DNA of 64,000 nt, taken from assembly GCA_951406725.2 (NCBI GenBank), contig OX597824.1:3534001-3598000 (forward strand). Direction: 5' to 3'. The notes beneath the pieces were generated by a model. That model was not told the DNA's origin. It ran no database searches and worked only from the letters and a program-made list of their open reading frames with translations. The DNA is from Octopus vulgaris (lineage: Eukaryota). The position numbers and the translations under genes are program-made. Shown here in pieces: positions 62,634 to 64,000 of this stretch; within the stretch, counting starts at the first letter, position 1; every line of letters starts with the position of its first letter.

Positions 62634-64000
62634 CTCTTGTTACATGAACAGACCTATGACCAAAAGCATTTTAGCTGAGAGCAACCTGTCCCTTATGGCC
62701 ACCATTTCTGAACCACATTGTTCAATGTATCCTTCCTTTTTTATGATGATATTGTGAAAATTAACAGGAAGTTGACTGCTATTTCTAGTTGATCAAATAG
62801 CTCTTTAGAGAAGTATGTAAATTACGAAATCCTTGATAATTTACAATAATCAACAATTTTTAGGCTATTTTCTGCTGTCATATTGAATTTTAATTAGATT
62901 TGTTAACAATTATAAAAGACACTTCAATTTTCCATTGCTCCAGTCCTAGCTGTAAATATACTCTTTCCCTTTTTTTCCCTTTTTTAATGAGAGGATGCAT
63001 TACCCATCACCAAGGCCTTTAGGTCTATCGGGGGTGAAGGAGGAATACGTACTCACCATGAAATAGGAACAGCTCACTATCTGTAGCACTGAGAAAGATT
63101 ATATTGTTCTTTCTTTTTATATACTTAGAACACCCAAGGCCTCCTGCAGCCTGTGGTAAATGAGATGCTAATTAACTTGATGAAAAATTAACTTGAATTT
63201 TTTTTTTAATAGTGCAGCCCACGTGATGAGGAACCATGACATGTGGTCTGCTTCTTATAAATAGTTGCCCATTCCTGATTTTAAATTTACAGGGATTTAG
63301 GAAGACCTCAAGTAATCTCACTGTTGGAGCTGAGGAAGTCTGCAAGTTATCCAACTACTGAATTTAGGGAAAACCTCAACTTGTCATATTGCTGGACTTT
63401 AGGAAGAACCCAGTTTATGCCAATTGCTGAGCCAAGATCTTTGTCTATCCAAAAGCTGAATGTCAGAAAGATCTCAAGATATCCAGTTACTGGACTTTAG
63501 GAAGACTGGCAAAATATTTCAAGAGAGAGAAACATTTCAGATAGGTAATATACCAAAAGCTATTTGGAAGATTCTCTTGCGATGTCCAACTCTTCCTGGT
63601 CAAACATCAACTCACCATCTTTAGGAAGTGATCTCACGCACCCTAAGTAAATTATAAGAATATAGACTTTGATATACTTACATTCTTCATTGACCCAGTC
63701 CTAGCTGTAAATAGACTCTTGCCTTTTCTTTTTCATCTTTATATCCTTAACTACTTTATCTACCAGGGTACTGTCGGTTTGGATAGCTGGTCCTTCAATT
63801 GGGTCAACATTTCACAAATTCTCCACCTCCCAGTCATTCTCTACATTCAGTCTTTTATGATGGCATCTCCAAGCCTCTTCCTTTGCAGAATCATTAATGC
63901 AAATGCACCATCATCCTTACAGACACATTTCTCTCCTATGATATTATCATTTTCTCTCTCACAGTCTTGCAATCCAAAATACTTCAGTTTTTTGGTCCTC

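Noticed and set aside
63130-64000. Possible further GRAMD4 (GRAM-domain) exons or a separate gene
   Set aside because: No phase-0 exon with GRAM-like motifs was found; the sequence looks like a decayed repeat with internal duplications (GGACTTTAGGAAGA, CAGTCCTAGCTGTAAATA) that I could not classify.

Overview
Eukaryotic, AT-rich, repeat-dense genomic DNA. The SINE repertoire and microsatellite load suggest a coleoid cephalopod, probably Octopus (inference). The whole window appears to lie inside one + strand multi-exon gene that the ORF track misses. Eleven GT-AG exons (8166-39401, 1034 nt) splice in a single frame into ~344 aa resembling the coiled-coil and reticulon-like/MCTP-like membrane region of GRAMD4. 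The N-terminal and GRAM-domain exons were not found in the window. Two further phase-0 candidate exons (42479-42793, 53971-54039) may be a lineage-specific insert or an alternative internal first exon. The introns hold at least five SINE/retroposon families, two mariner relics, a piggyBac relic and TTAA MITEs, two non-autonomous Helitrons, a Penelope GIY-YIG relic, and R4/Dong-like, RTE and CR1/L2 LINE fragments. The most notable extras are: two copies of a repeat that folds as a minimal hammerhead ribozyme with a variant core; a fold-back element with ~240-bp arms; a 119-nt pre-miRNA-like hairpin; a locally templated ~190-bp duplication flanking a coding exon; and a SINE-like family with CRISPR-looking 5' monomer arrays. 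Nearly all ORFs in the supplied track are microsatellite or transposon artefacts. Repeat boundaries are approximate.
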